A stretch of DNA of 64,000 nucleotides. Source: Mustelus asterias. Lineage: Eukaryota. The stretch covers positions 79,608,001 to 79,672,000 of the forward strand of contig NC_135812.1 of NCBI RefSeq assembly GCF_964213995.1. The letters run 5' to 3'. The translations under genes and the position numbers were made by a program. The notes under the pieces were generated by a model that made no database searches, had not been told where the DNA came from, and was given only the letters and a program-made list of their open reading frames with translations. Below, in pieces: positions 1 through 12,810 of the stretch (positions are counted from its first letter, which is position 1; each line of letters opens with the position of its first letter).

Positions 1-1412
1 GAACGCTTACCCGAATATCAGAGGCCGAATGCCCGTGACCGCTGAAGTGCTCCCCAACAGGAAGAGAACAGTCTTGCCTGGTGATTGTCGAGCGGTGTTC
101 ATTCATCCGTTGTCGCAGCGTCTGCATAGTTTCCCCAATGTACCATGCCTCGGGACATCCTTTCTTGCAGCGTATCAGGTAGGCAACATTGGCCGAGTTG
201 CAAGAGTATGTACCGTGTACCTGGTGGATGGTGTTCTCACGTGAGATGATGGCATCTGTGTCGATGATCCGACACGTCTTGCAGAGGTTGCTGTGGCAGG
301 GTTGTGTGGTGTCATGGTCACTGTTCTCCTGAAGGCTGGGTAGTTTGCTGCGGACAATGGTCTGTTTGAGATTGTGCGGTTGTTTGAAGGCAAGAAGTGG
401 GGGTGTGGGGATGGCCTTGGCGAGATGTTCGTCTTCATCAATGACATGTTGAAGGCTCCGGAGGAGATGCCGTAGCTTCTCCGCTCCGGGGAAGTACTGG
501 ACAACGAAGGGTACTCTGTCCACTGTGTCCCGTGTTTGTCTTCTGAGGAGGTCGGTGCGGTTTTTCGCTGTGGCGCGTTGGAACTGTTGATCAATGAGTC
601 GAGCGCCATATCCTGTTCTTATGAGGGCATCTTTCAGCGTCTGGAGGTGTCTGGTGCGATCCTCCTCATCCGAGCAGATCCTGTGTATACGGAGGGCTTG
701 TCCGTAGGGGATGGCTTCTTTAACGTGTTTAGGGTGGAAGCTGGAGAAGTGGAGCATCGTGAGGTTATCTGTGGGCTTGCGGTACAGTGAGGTGCTGAGG
801 TGACCGTCCTTAATGGAGATGCGTGTGTCCAAGAATGCAACCGATTTCGGAGAGTAGTCTATGATGAGTCTGATGGTGGGATGGAACTTGTTGATGTCAT
901 CATATAGTTGTTTCAGTGATTGTTCACCATGAGTCCAAAGGAAGAAAATGTCATCGATGTATCTAGTGTATAGCATCAGTTGAAGGTCCCGTGCGGTGAA
1001 GAAGTCTTGTTCGAACCTGTGCATGAAGATGTTGGCATATTGAGGTGCGAATTTGGTCCCCATGGCTGTTCCGTGTGTCTGGATAAAGAACTGGTTGTTG
1101 AAGGTGAAGATATTGTGGTCCAGGATGAAGCGGATGAGATGTAAAATTGCATCTGGAAACTGGCAGTTGTTGGCGCTGAGCACTGAGGCCATTGCAGCAA
1201 TGCCATCGTCATGGGGGATGCTGGTGTAGAGTGCCGAGACATCCATTGTGACGAGGAGCGCTCCTGGTTCAACTGCTCCATGTGTGCCGAGTTTCTGTAG
1301 GAAGTCCGTCGTGTCGCGACAAAAGCTGGGGGTTCTTTGTACAATGGGTTTCAGGATGCCCTCGACATAGCCGGAGAGGTTCTCGCACAGGTTCTCGCAC
1401 AGGTTCTCGCAC
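1..1412 (-). mobile_element. Penelope-like element (RT + GIY-YIG), 5'-truncated, ORF open to window edge
   Basis: One minus-strand frame reads ...LVTMDVSALYTSIP...GTAMGT...YIDD (950-961)...VAYLIRCKKGCPEAWYIGET...RMNEHR. It is absent from the ORF track because it runs off the window without a stop. Confidence 0.95.
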
Positions 1413-1434
1413 ACTACTAGTACAGCTTGCCAAC

Positions 1435-2400
1435 CAGAAACAAACTCATTTGTCCCCACTCTCTGCTTCCTGGTTAGCCAATGCTCTATCCAAAACAATA
1501 TATTAAACCCAGACCCATGGGATCTCACCTTATGTCATACCTTTTTTGCAGCACCTTATCAAAAGCCATCTGGAAGTCCAGATACACTACATCTACAGAA
1601 TCCCTATGATCCACTCTGCTTATTACATCTTCAATGAACTCTAACAAATCAGTCAAACATTATTTATCCTTCATAAAACCATGCTGATTCTGACGGATTA
1701 TATTTTGACTTTCTAAATGTCATGTTACTACTTCGTTAATAATGGATTCAAACAGTGACATACATTAAGCTAACTGGTCTATAGTTTCCTACTCTCTGCC
1801 TTTTTGAACAGGGGTGTTACATTAGCTTTTTTTCTAATTCACTGGAACCCGTCCAGAATCCAGGAAATTTTGGAATAGTATAACCAATGCCTCCACTATC
1901 TCTGCTGCCACTTCCTTGAAGATCCGAGGATGAAGGCCATCAGGACCTGGGGACTTGTCCACCTTTTATCCAAATAGTTTGCTCAGTACTTCTTCCTTCG
2001 TGATGGTGATTGTTTTAAATTTCTCCTTTGCAACAACCTCTGCTTTACCTGTTACTGTTGGGATGGTTCTAGTGTCCTCCATGAAAACCAAGGCAAAATA
2101 TTGATTTTGTGTCTCTGCCCTTTCTGTGTTCCCCATTATTAACTCCCCAGTCTTGTCCTCTAAGGGAACAATGTTGAATTCAGCTAGTCTCTTCCTTTTT
2201 ATATACTTATAGAATCTTTTACTATCTTTTTTTTGCGGTAGATTTCTTTCATAACTTATATTTGTTCATTTTATTACTTTTTTAGTAACCCTTTGTTGAT
2301 CTTTAAACATTTCCCATCCTCCTGCCTGCCACTGATCTTTGCAATATTGTTTGCCTTAGTTTTTGCCTTTATGTTATCTTTAACTTCCTTGCTTAGCCAC
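1435..2400 (-). mobile_element. Degraded CR1 LINE ORF2 fragment
   Basis: Minus strand shows remnants of LDFQxAFDKV and NYRPVSL motifs; colinear with the CR1 at 54354-56612. Confidence 0.85.
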
Positions 2401-2842
2401 ATTTTCCGCTCTTAATGTGGGCGATTTTGAGCCGGTGTCAGCTGTGCACAGAATCGCTGACTCGGGTGCAAAATCTGGAGAGAATTGGAAAACACGAACC
2501 TCGTCGGCAAGATTGCGATTTCTAATTTTCAACGACAGTTGCTAATGGAGTAACTGAAGAATGCTGCAGGAGTCCAGGAACCTTATTTTAATACATTGGC
2601 ATGTCATTCGTGGTCCCACACTCTGGGACTTTTCCCCCTCACTGAACATTTAGTCAGTGACATCACGGCTGCGGGCTTTACAATAGTTTTATAAAAGCGT
2701 GAACCTGGCAACTTCACCTCCAAAGGGGCTATTGGAGGTAAGCATTCAGGTCATCCTTACCTGACTGGTGCTAGTCACAAAGGGGCCAATGGAGAGGACA
2801 CAGGGGGAACTCAGATAAGTTCAATTTGGGGCTGGGTGCAGC

Positions 2843-5283
2843 GTGTTCAGCGAGCGGGAGAGTCTGGACAGACCGTTATCTCTGGATGAGCTGACAAAGG
2901 CCGTCAAGTACTTTCAGAAGGGTAAAACTCCCAGAAGCGATGGCTTACCGGGTGAGTTTTACTCGGCGTTGTGGGACTTGACAGGCCCGGACCTGCTGGA
3001 TGTGTACGAAAGTATGCTTCTGGAAGGCAGCATGTCAGAATCCATGAGGAAAGGCATCATTACCCTCATCTACAAGCAGAAGGGGGAAAGAGAAGAAATT
3101 AGAAATTGATGACCCCTTTCACTATTGAACGTGGACTACAAAATTTTAGCCAAGGTCATCGCCAACCAGGTCAAGTTTGCTCTGGGGTTGGTGATCCATC
3201 CTGATCAAACCTGTGCTGAACCCAGCAGGAAGATCTCTGATAGCCTCGCGCTACTGAGGGATACGATTGCCTACGTGGAGGACAGGCAAGTGGACACCTG
3301 CCTCATCAGCCTAGACCAGGAGAAGGCGTTTGACAGAATATTGCACAGCTACATGATGGATGTGCTCTCCAAAATGGGCTTTGGGGATGGAATCCGCAAT
3401 TGGATCCAACTGCTCTACACAGATATCAGTAACGCAGTCTCAGTCAAAGGGTGGGAATCAGATAGTTTTCAGATCAGGTCTGGAGTTAGGCAGGGCTGCC
3501 CTCTCTCTTCCGTCCTTTTTGTGTGTTGCATTGAACCCTTTGCCGAGTCCATCAGAAAGGACCCAGGCATTAAAGGGGTTCCCATCCCAGGCAGCGGAGG
3601 CGCGCAGGTCAAAGCCTCCTTCTGCATGGATGACTTGGCTGTCTTCTGCTCAGATCTGTCATCTGTTCACAGGCTCTTCCAAGTCTGTGAGCAGTTCGAG
3701 TTGGCCTCGAGAGCCAAAGTTAACTGGAGCAAGAGCGAAGCTATGTTCTTTGGGAACTGGGCTGACAGATCCTTTGTCCCCTTCACCGTCAGGGCAGACT
3801 ACCTCAAGGTGCTGGGGATATGGTTTGGAGCGGCAGGGGCATGGGCCAAAAACTGGGAAGAGTGCATCGTCAAAGTAAGGCAGAAATTGGGCTTGTGGGA
3901 GCAACGCTCCCTCTCTATCACCGGAAAAAACCTGGTCATCCGGTGCGAGGTACTGTCCGTGTTGTTGTATGTGGCGTAGGTCTGGTCCATCCCCAAATCC
4001 TGCGCAGCAGCAGTGACCCAGGCCATCTTCAAATTTATCTGGAGATCAAAGATGGATTGTGTCCGGAGGAAAGCGATGCACAAATCTCTGGAGAATGGAG
4101 GGAAAAATGTTCCCAACGCCACCCTCATCCTGATGGCCACCTTTGTGTGCAGCTGCATCAAGCTGTGTGTAGATCCTTGGTACGCTAACACCAAGTGCCA
4201 CTACTTTTTGAGGTTCTACCTGTCCCAAATGTTACGGAAGATGGGTCTGGCCACACTGCCACGGAACGCTCCAAGGAGTTGGACCGTACCGCAGCACCTG
4301 TCCTTCGTGGAGAAATTTTTACGGAAACACACCTTTGACCACATGGCGATCAAATAGTGGTCAGCATGTAATGTCCTCGAGGCCCTGAGAGAAAAGGAGA
4401 TGGTGGATCCTGTCGGATGGTTCCCTGAGCAGACTGTCAGTGTCATCTGGCAGAATGCCTCATCACCAGAACTCACAAACAAGCACAAAAACCTGGCTTG
4501 GTTGGTGGTGTAAAGGGCACTTCCCGTCAGATCCTTCATGCACGCTTGAGGTCTCAACACTATCGCACGCTGCCCGCGAAGTAGCTGCGGGGGTGATGAG
4601 ACAGTCGCACACCTCCTTGTGGAATGTGCCTTTGCAAAGAAGGTCTGGAGTGAGATGCAGTGTTATTTCTCAAGCTTCATTCCCAGCAGCTCGGTGACGC
4701 AGGACTCTGTGCTCTACGGGCTGTTTCCAGGGACGCACACTGAGACAAATATCAACTGCTGCTGGAGGGTCATCAACTCGGTGAAGGATGCACTTTGGTC
4801 CGCCCGATCTTCCAGTGCAAAGATTTGTCCTCGACCGAGTGTTGCAGACTGGCACATTCCAAGGTCCAGGACTACGTGCTGGGGGATGCTCTCAAGCTTG
4901 GGGCAGCCACCACAAAGGCACAATGGGGAAAGGCCACAGTTTAAAGCCTTTCACCCAAGACAGACCGAGGGCCCAGTAACTGTAGAACACCCTCGGACTG
5001 CGTAACTGTGTGCTAATCTGTAAAAACAACAGCACACAGTGAAATGTGATGAATGTATATAGTTTGAAGGACTGAACTGTAATGAATGTAATGTCTTGTA
5101 AAACTGAGCACTGTAAAGTATCGTACATATGATTGGTCTTTTTTTGCACTGCTTGTAATTATCAGAAATGTTGTTTTGCAATGGTCTATTTCAGAGTATA
5201 TATAGAAACATAGAAACATAGAAAACTACAGCACAAAAACAGGCCCTTATATGAATAAAGTATATTTTTGAAATTTAAAAAAA
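2843..5283 (+). mobile_element. Tx1-type (L1 clade) LINE, 5'-truncated, disrupted ORF2
   Basis: NVDYKILAK, DQEKAFD, GVRQGCPLS, (Y>C)MDD and C-terminal CCHC (CPRSSCGGDETVAHLLVEC); in-frame stops; 3' end AATAAAGTATATTTTTG plus A tract. Confidence 0.95.
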
Positions 5284-5584
5284 TTGGCTAAGATCAAATA
5301 TAGTATCGGCAGTCCTGCACTTGATAGAAGTCAATGAGGTTACACTGAGGCTTCATTAGAAGCAATTTTTAAAAACAGCATCTCGGCCTTTTGGCTAAGA
5401 TGCAAATGAGATCAAGCACTGGAGGGGGTGCAATGCCCGCTTCTAACAGCTTGGATCATGTAGATCAAGCCCAGGACAGGAAGCGGCCAGCTTGTCTTGT
5501 CAGCTTGGATCTGTAATGTCTCACTGGTTGAGACTTTGAATTGGACTTTGATTGGATTGAGATTGGATATAGGTTAAAAGAAAA
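5284..5584 (+). mobile_element. U2 snRNA-headed SINE-like element, copy 1 (starts at U2 nt 17)
   Basis: 5284-5307 matches U2 nt 17-40 with 2 mismatches; 5381-5401 matches U2 nt 7-27; body colinear with 46992-47620; GATTG-type repeats and A-rich end. Confidence 0.9.
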
Positions 5585-8063
5585 TTGTCATCTGGGGGGG
5601 AGGCAGTTGCTCACAGGCCTCACTTTCCCTTCATGCCAGGCTGTCCCTTGGTTTAAAGGGGTCTGGCAGCTGGCATGCAGGCAACACTCCCATGTCCCCT
5701 TTGCTGATTGGAGCCAAGTTCTTAACCTTTTGGAAATGTTGGCCCTATTCCTTTAAGGGGCTGCACCTTTTACTTTGTCCCACATTTTATTTGATTTAAT
5801 TTAACTTCTTTATCCAAAAGAGTTGGAAGCATTGATTCCAAGCATAGAACTCCAATGCTCATACTAACATCTGTTAAGAGTGATCACACTGATGTGGACC
5901 CCAATATCCCGTTCAAGGTCATGACGTGAAGCACCCTTGAGGACCCCGTGAGGTTCAAACACTGACCCAATGCATGCACTCAATTGCACTATTCCCTAAT
6001 GCTTGGGTTGGGTGGGGGGTGGGGGAGGGGGGACATGGTCGAGGGTGTTAGTCACCACTGAGATTGTCTAGCTTCATTCGGGTGAGATGGACAACTGTGG
6101 GGAAGTGGGTATTGTGTGAAAGGGGAGGGAGTGAGGCTTAGTGGAGAGGTGCTCACAGAGAGGGAAGCACATGGGTGGATGTCTCAGAAGTGTGGGGAGG
6201 GCTGAGAATACTGTCAGGAATATTCATCACTCACTTTGATGTTCTCTTCCTTCAGTTTTCAATTCTGGACAATCATGGAACCAGTCGAGTTGACAATTCT
6301 ATTGATTGCGATCGACCAATAACAGTGACATTGACGTGCTGCTGCACACGGCCAGCACCAGCGCCCTGCAGAGGAGGGGGAGGCTGGGCCTGTTGCTCTT
6401 CCAGGAGAAGAACCATAGATGGTGGAGCCTCGGAGGTGACACAACTGGCAAAGGTCCTTCTAACATTGAACATCCTGCATCTAGATATTAGAGCTGCAGT
6501 GCCGGAGAAGACTGCATCTGTCCCGGGGGATGGTGGACCACCTTTGCCAAGTTATGCAAAGTTGACATCACATGGACTGGGAGGTCAGCAATTGTCTGTT
6601 TCCCTTAAAGTTGCTGCCGCTCTGAATTTCTATGCCAGTGGCTCATTACAGTGTAGCATGGGCGACCTGTGGGCCTTTCCCAGGCAGCCGCACACAGGTA
6701 TTTGCCAGGGCCCATGTGGACACCAACTTGGACCAGGACTAGTTTCACCCAATTAGCAGGCATGCCCTAGGTGCAGGATGTCATTGACTGCCACCCATGT
6801 GGCTCTGCGGTCTCCAGGGTGGCATGGGGCCACGAGGGATACCAGTCTCTCAATGTCTAAAACGCCATGTGCATCATGCAGGTCTGTACCCATTTCCTGG
6901 GGAGCATCCATGGCAGGTATGTCTTGGGACACTTGCGGATCCCAGCCATCTTTGAGGGAGAGCAGCGACTGAGGGATGGCTCCTCGGGGACAGGACATAC
7001 TCCCTCATAAGGTAGCTGATGACGCCAGTGCGGAGGACACAAATGCCCGCTGAGGTTTGCTGTAACGCAGTTCATGAATCAACGCGAGTGCTGGTTAGCA
7101 GGCAATTGGACTGCTGAAGATTTGGTTCTGGTGCCTGGTCCCCTGTGATACAGCTCCCAGAGAGCTTCCCGCATTATTGTGGTCTGCTGTGCCTTCCTTA
7201 ACTTGGCGCTGCCGTAGGAAGACCAGCTGGACAGGAGGAGATGGGGGACCCATCTTATAGTAAACTTTTCTTCTTACAGAAAACACATGTGCCCAAAAGC
7301 TCTGGTCCCACCTTCTGCGGTAATCATAGTGAGCGGGACGGATGATTGAAAGGTCAATTGAACTCGGGCAGGAAATTCTGGTCCCTGGGTGGGTGGGAAT
7401 AGAGATTTCCGCCCATGCATTTCAATGCAGTGACTTTTAAAAGATATGGCAGAATGAGAGCTTCATTACCTGATGCATAATGCCAAGGGGAATTAGAACA
7501 TGCAAAATAGAAAGAGATCATATGGCATAAGATTGCTACACCAGCTATTGAAAGGAGATATTCCATTAAGCTCACTCTCTGACATTTTCACCATCACTCT
7601 CTAACTTCTTATTTTTCAAGTATTTATCGGATTCTCTTTAGAAGTTACTATTAAATCTGCTTTGACATCCTTTCAGGCAATTCATTCCAAATCTCATCAA
7701 GTCCCCATGTTAAATAATTTCTCCTCATCTCCTTTTGCTTCTTTTCCCAATTACCTCAAATCAATATCCTTTGGTTACTGAATCTCCTGTCAGTGTAAAG
7801 TTTCTCTATTTACTATATCAAATTTTCGATTTGGTTTGATTTATTATTGTCACTAATGCATGTGACAATAATAAATCAAATCAAATCAAAAATTCCTTCA
7901 TGATTTTGAACGCATCTGTTAAATTCTTTTCACTTGACTTGTGAACAGTTAGCGTTCTTGACAATGAGCAGCTGACTCTCTGTTTTTTAGTCAACAGTAT
8001 CAAGGTCTTAATCCAATTCAAGGATTCAAATTCAGTCTTTGTGCCCGAAATTCTACAGCGCCT

Positions 8064-9304
8064 TGTAGCGGGATCCCTCTTTTTAACTCCACTGGGCTTA
8101 TTTTAGGTTGGGTTCTCCGTCACCCAAACCCCACCAATGCCCGAGTGATTCTCTCTCTTGCCGATGAAACAATGGCCACCTTGCGTCTACTTCACTAGAG
8201 TAGCGCTCCCAAGAGAGAGAAAAGGAAACTGCTGCCTATCCACTACCTGGCAGCCTTTCCTGAGTGGGCGGTTTCGAAGCGCCCAAGGTACCCTCAGTTC
8301 TAGACTCCGGAATTATGGTAAGGAATATTTATATTGTGACTTAGTCAGAGATCATTGGTGAGAAATTGAAAAGATCAAAACGGACTCCAACGGAAGTCAA
8401 AGATATATATATATATTTATTAAAACATCAAGGTCAAAGGTCATCAAACACCAGGAAAACAACACACCATGCCTTATGCTCTATGATTCTATAACTATGG
8501 AAGGAATACTAAAACGGACGCATCGGAATTCTTACTTTATACAAGTTTACCAGTGTCTTAAACTATGAAAGGTGCATGCAAAAGCCCCCCCATTTTCCCC
8601 AAAGCCTCATCCACTATGATGATCTCGGGAACTTCGCGAATTACCAGGGGATACTCACAATCCTAGTTTAAATTGCTCAGTGGGCTTCAGGCTGCGTGCT
8701 GGAGGCGACCGAGTGGAGAGTGCTGTCATGCTGGTCCGAAGAGAAAAGAGAGAACATGGCCAGCCTGGCCATCCTTTTATATTGTAAACTTGAATTCTTT
8801 TTCCAGCCAACTCCGCCCCCCCTTCCAACCAGCAGTTTCCACAGACAAAGGCTTGCTAGGGTTATCTGCAGCTGCGATCTTACAGTCCATAGAGACCAGA
8901 TGGTCCCATCCCAGGTGATAGGTCCCTTGCTGTCCTGTATTGTTCCATCGGAGATCGTTTAATTGTTTTCCCATTAGGGAAATGGGCTTCTCCTCGCTCT
9001 GGGACAAGGCCATTATCACCTGTATTGAGTCCAGACCAGGTGCATTGTCTTGCTGCCAGCCTAGTCTGGTGATTTCGTCAGGTCCTTTTTGTACTGCTGA
9101 TAACCTAATCGGCAGTCTGTCTGGTTTCTGGCTGCTTGCAATTTTTGGACTGGGACTTTCACACACACACACACAGGCTGGCTGGGCTCCCTGGGACATT
9201 TTGGTCAAGTCCTACAGCCAAGTGTGGCCACTTTCACAGTTCTTTAGGGTTCAAGTCCTTTTCCCAGCTCATAAAAAAGGCCTGAGTTGCCCGAAAAACT
9301 TACA
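8064..9304 (-). mobile_element. Solo LTR (~1.24 kb) inside a short Harbinger-type MITE (about 8043-9423)
   Basis: TGTAG...TTACA termini with 4-bp TSD GCCT (8060-8063, 9305-9308); flanks read GCCCGAAATTCT...AGAATTCTAGCC. Confidence 0.85.
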
Positions 9305-9439
9305 GCCTCCCCCAGCTGGAATTATCCAGTCCCGCTGCAGTGAATGGAGATTTGGCTGTGCGCCAAATTCTCCGTTTCCCCCGGCAGCAGTGGTGGGGCG
9401 AACGATAGCGGAGAATTCTAGCCTTCGTCTCCCATCCTG

Positions 9440-9615
9440 TGTTCTGTGAAGATGGAAGAACGTTGAACAATAACATCACTAAAACAGACCATTGTATTTT
9501 TGTGGAAGCCATATTGTGTGAAAATTGGGAGCCACATAGCTTACAAAACAATAGCCACTATACCTCAGAAGTAGTTCATTGACTATCAATTGCTTCAGGG
9601 CACCTTGAGATGGGC
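9440..9615 (+). mobile_element. Old SINE 3' remnant (Deu/SacSINE-like)
   Basis: Loose similarity to the CACTACACTTCAAAAGTA.TTCATTGG..GCTT..GG tail recalled for this family; heavily diverged. Confidence 0.4.
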
Positions 9616-9780
9616 ACGTACTTTTTTTTTACACTGTTGCGGTACTTCCAATAAACTTGCAACATTTTACTTACCATTGCCTAAATACTCCTAATTCTTT
9701 GGTGTTGAAAGCTGCAAATCCAGTTTCACCAAGAGCTGGCAAAGAATTAATATCCTTTGCAATATGTTGATTGCTGCATG

Positions 9781-10217
9781 CAGTGCAGGATTTAGGCATA
9801 AGTTAAACAAGCTACAGCTTAGGGCCTCACAATCCGCAGGGGCCTCACAAAATTTCAGAAGGTTAACAATGAAGAGAACATTTCAGAGCGGATACCAGAA
9901 AAGAAAAAGAAAGCACCAGCTTGAAGAGCAACTCAAAAAATGACCAGAATTACCAAAATCTATGAGAGAAATCAAGCCAGCCAAATGATAAATATGTAAT
10001 CAGTAAATGCATTCATTTGAAAATAATTTGTATTTTTCACTTTAAATACCTTGCTATTAAATAATTAAAAAGCACAATTATGTTTTCAATTTTTTTGTGG
10101 CGACCCAACGTCCTGTTTTGGTACGCACCTTTGTGAGACCTTTTGGTGTAACCTTTTAACAAGGGGCCTCCAAGCTTTATATAGCTTAGGGCCTCACCAA
10201 GTCTAAATCCGGGAGTG
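9781..10217. mobile_element. hAT-type MITE
   Basis: Imperfect TIRs CAGTGCAGGATTTAG...CTAAATCCGGGAGTG; 8-bp TSD GCTGCATG (9773-9780, 10218-10225); subterminal AGCTTAGGGCCTCAC repeats. Confidence 0.9.
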
Positions 10218-10879
10218 GCTGCATGAATAGATGATGGAAAGATTGCTGGCATCAAAAGTGGTTTCTGACTCTATACATCTCCAGATTTCCAGAGATTAGC
10301 TGCAGCTTTTGCAACTCGACTGAAGTGAAAGGTGTTTTGAAACTGGAAGCTACTTCAGACATTATTACGTCCTTCTTCCTCCACCAGCCAAGATGAGCAA
10401 AACTTTTAACAGACTTTCCAACAGTAAAAGCACAGTTATTGTAAGCAGAACAGAACGGGGGAGTTGGTTTCACCTGCTTGCTTTCCTTCAGTCTAGTTTT
10501 TCAGTTGAGTTCATTGTTTTCCTGGTCGTGTTATGTTCCATTTTAATTTTATTTGGGGCTTTTAAGGTTTATACATCCCCATGACTGGAATGACTGTTCA
10601 CTGTCTGTCTTCAATTCTCTATTTGAGTCATTTCTTCACTGAAAACAGTGAAACCATTGCCTTCAAATGGCAGGCAGGTTGGTTATTATGGAACGCTCTG
10701 CCGACCTTTTTATTATAAATCTGTTGTGGAGAAATTGTGTTATTTACCCAGTGATTGACTTACTGCAATTTACCCTTGTGATTGAGAATAATGGATACCG
10801 GCAATGGAAAGCTGTAAGCGTGTCTGTTCAGGAGACATTTTCGACACGAGGCTGAGATTTAGGTGGGTTACAGCTCTCA

Positions 10880-11100
10880 GATTTGGGGCAGCTTGTGGAA
10901 GAATGGATAGCGCCCCTGACTTTGAGCCAAAAGCTCCAAATTCCAGTCTCATCCCAGGGCTTTATGGCAAAGGAAGTCCATTATGCAGCCAAAGAGGTTG
11001 AGTATCGTCCAACACATATCCATGCTAAGTGTCAAGACAAGGATAAATTCCTGGTCAGCCTTGCAATGGAACTAAAGTTGGTGCCCCTACAATGACTACC
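10880..11100 (+). mobile_element. Old tRNA-derived SINE
   Basis: tRNA-like head GGGGCAGCTTGTGG..GAATGGATAGCGC.CCTGACT; diverged body. Confidence 0.45.
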
Positions 11101-11129
11101 CATAGTTCCATATTACAACATGCATATAT

Positions 11130-11566
11130 ATCATAGAATCATAGAATCCTACACTGCAGAAGAGGGCCATTCAGCCCATCGTGTGCAGCAACTCTTACCC
11201 AGGCTTACCCTGTGACCCCATGTCAATACGCTGCTGATCCCCCTAACCTACATATCTTAGAACACTAAGCGGAAATTTTTCATGGCCAATCAACCTAACC
11301 TGCACATCTTGGGACACTTAGGAGCAATTTGCTGATCCCCCTAATCTACAAATCTTAGAACGCTAAGCGGAAAGTTAGCATGGCTAATCCAACTAACCTG
11401 CACATCTTTAGACTGTGGGAGGAAACCGGAGCACCTAGAGGAATTTCACGCAGACACAGGGAGAGTGTGCAAACTCCACACGGACAGTCACCCAAGGATG
11501 GAATTGAGCCCAGGTCCCTGGCACTATGAGGCATCAGTGCTAATCACTGTGCCACCATACTGTCCC
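11130..11566 (-). mobile_element. HE1-type tRNA SINE with internal duplication
   Basis: A/B-box head and (GATTCTAT)n tail; the segment near 11230-11310 is repeated near 11330-11410. Confidence 0.85.
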
Positions 11567-12449
11567 ATATATATGTAGGTCTACATAGCAACTCAGAACT
11601 CCCTAAATGAACTGTAATGCCGCCACTACCAAAGCTCTCATACAGTTAGAACACTGCATGATGTGATATAGAACACGTGGATTGAAAAGGCGTGGTCAAC
11701 GTTTAATCCCTTTTGTGCGGTGCTCTGAAAGTCATAATGGTAGCACTATAATTAATTTCAACTGCCTCACCTAGTTCCTGAAACTAAACCCTGGTTGAAC
11801 ATGCATGCATGTGACTATCGGGTGACAGTTTTAATGACAAATATCTTCCAACATTCACCGTGCAAAGAAATAGCTGCTTGTGGTCGATCAGAAGGTTGTT
11901 AGCACACGTTGAAAAATCACTGCATGCAGAAGAGGAAGACAATAAGAGAGAGTTGAAGAAACATATTGAAAACAAACTACATTAAGGATCTTGGGAAGTG
12001 ATTCGTGGCATCAATTCCATCCATGGATTATAATTTTTACAAAGTTATATCATTTTGACTGGAATCCTTGTGGATATTGGCAGCCACTTGGAATTGTTAC
12101 ATCAGACCCATGAAAGTTCGCTGATCAGAATGGAAGAGGTTAACTGACATTTGTAAAGTTTAGTGATTCTGTACTGTAGGGATTCTATTCTATGATAATC
12201 CTCTTTCATCTCTCTGCTTACAGAGAATTAACTCCACTCCTGGAACACAAAGTCTCTGTGACCTCTGTGGCTGCAGCAGTCGAGAGTGAACAGCCCAAAA
12301 TTTTCTGTGTTCTCTTTTCCATTCTGGGAGCATCAGTCAATGGTAGCAAATCCTCACAATGAGGCTGTAGGCCTGATGCCAAGGGGTAACACACGTGTGT
12401 GACCACCTCCTTGGTGAATTGCAGCCACTAAACCGATCCTGCCACTGGC

Positions 12450-12810
12450 AAGTGTTCCCAGAGGACTGGAGAGTTTTAGTTATGAAGAGAGATTGGATAG
12501 ACTGGGGTTGCTTTCCTTGGAGCAGAAGAGACTGAGGGGGGGACATGATTGAGATGTATTACATTTTGAGGGGCATAGGTAGTATAGACAGGAAGAAACT
12601 TTTCCCCTTAGTGGAGGGATCAATGATTAGGAGCATAGATTTAAGGTAAGGGGCAGGAGGTTTAGAGGGGATGTGAGGAAAAACATTTTCACCCAGAGTG
12701 TGGTGGGAGTCTGGAACTCACTGCCTGAAAGCGTGGTGGAGGCAAAGGCCCTCATAAAGTTCAAAGGCCAAAGGGCCTTTGCTAAACTTTAGACCTTTAT
12801 GACTCTATGG
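12450..12810 (+). mobile_element. CR1 LINE 3' fragment
   Basis: RLDRLGLxSLEQRRLRG...FTQSVVGVWNSLP motifs; ends in GACTCTAT tail. Confidence 0.85.

Larger units (their letters stand above)
2400..7415 (+). mobile_element. Degraded PIF/Harbinger transposon hosting the Tx1 and U2-headed insertions
   Basis: HARBI1-like remnants at about 6320-7230 (VSLKVAAALNFYASGSLQ, IDC, GSxH, WLLGD, QAIGLLK). Ends resemble the GGGCGG-AATT type termini. Boundaries approximate. Confidence 0.6.

Noticed and set aside
5420-5440. CTGGAGG-NNN-TGCAAT-G-CC resembles the antisense of U2 stem-loop IV
   Set aside because: Short match and absent from the 26-kb copy; cannot be told from chance without a family alignment.
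7828-7890. Short palindrome as a structured RNA
   Set aside because: Explained by two inverted copies of a SINE tail end (TGTGACAATAATAAATCAAATC).
10393-10584. Hydrophobic ORF as a membrane-protein exon or alternative leader
   Set aside because: T-rich sequence gives the hydrophobicity; no recognisable domain or convincing splice partner.
11600-12035. Possible host exon ending ...KRELKKHIENKLH*
   Set aside because: Multiple stops upstream; KPW and nearby remnants look more like a very old LINE, too degraded to call.
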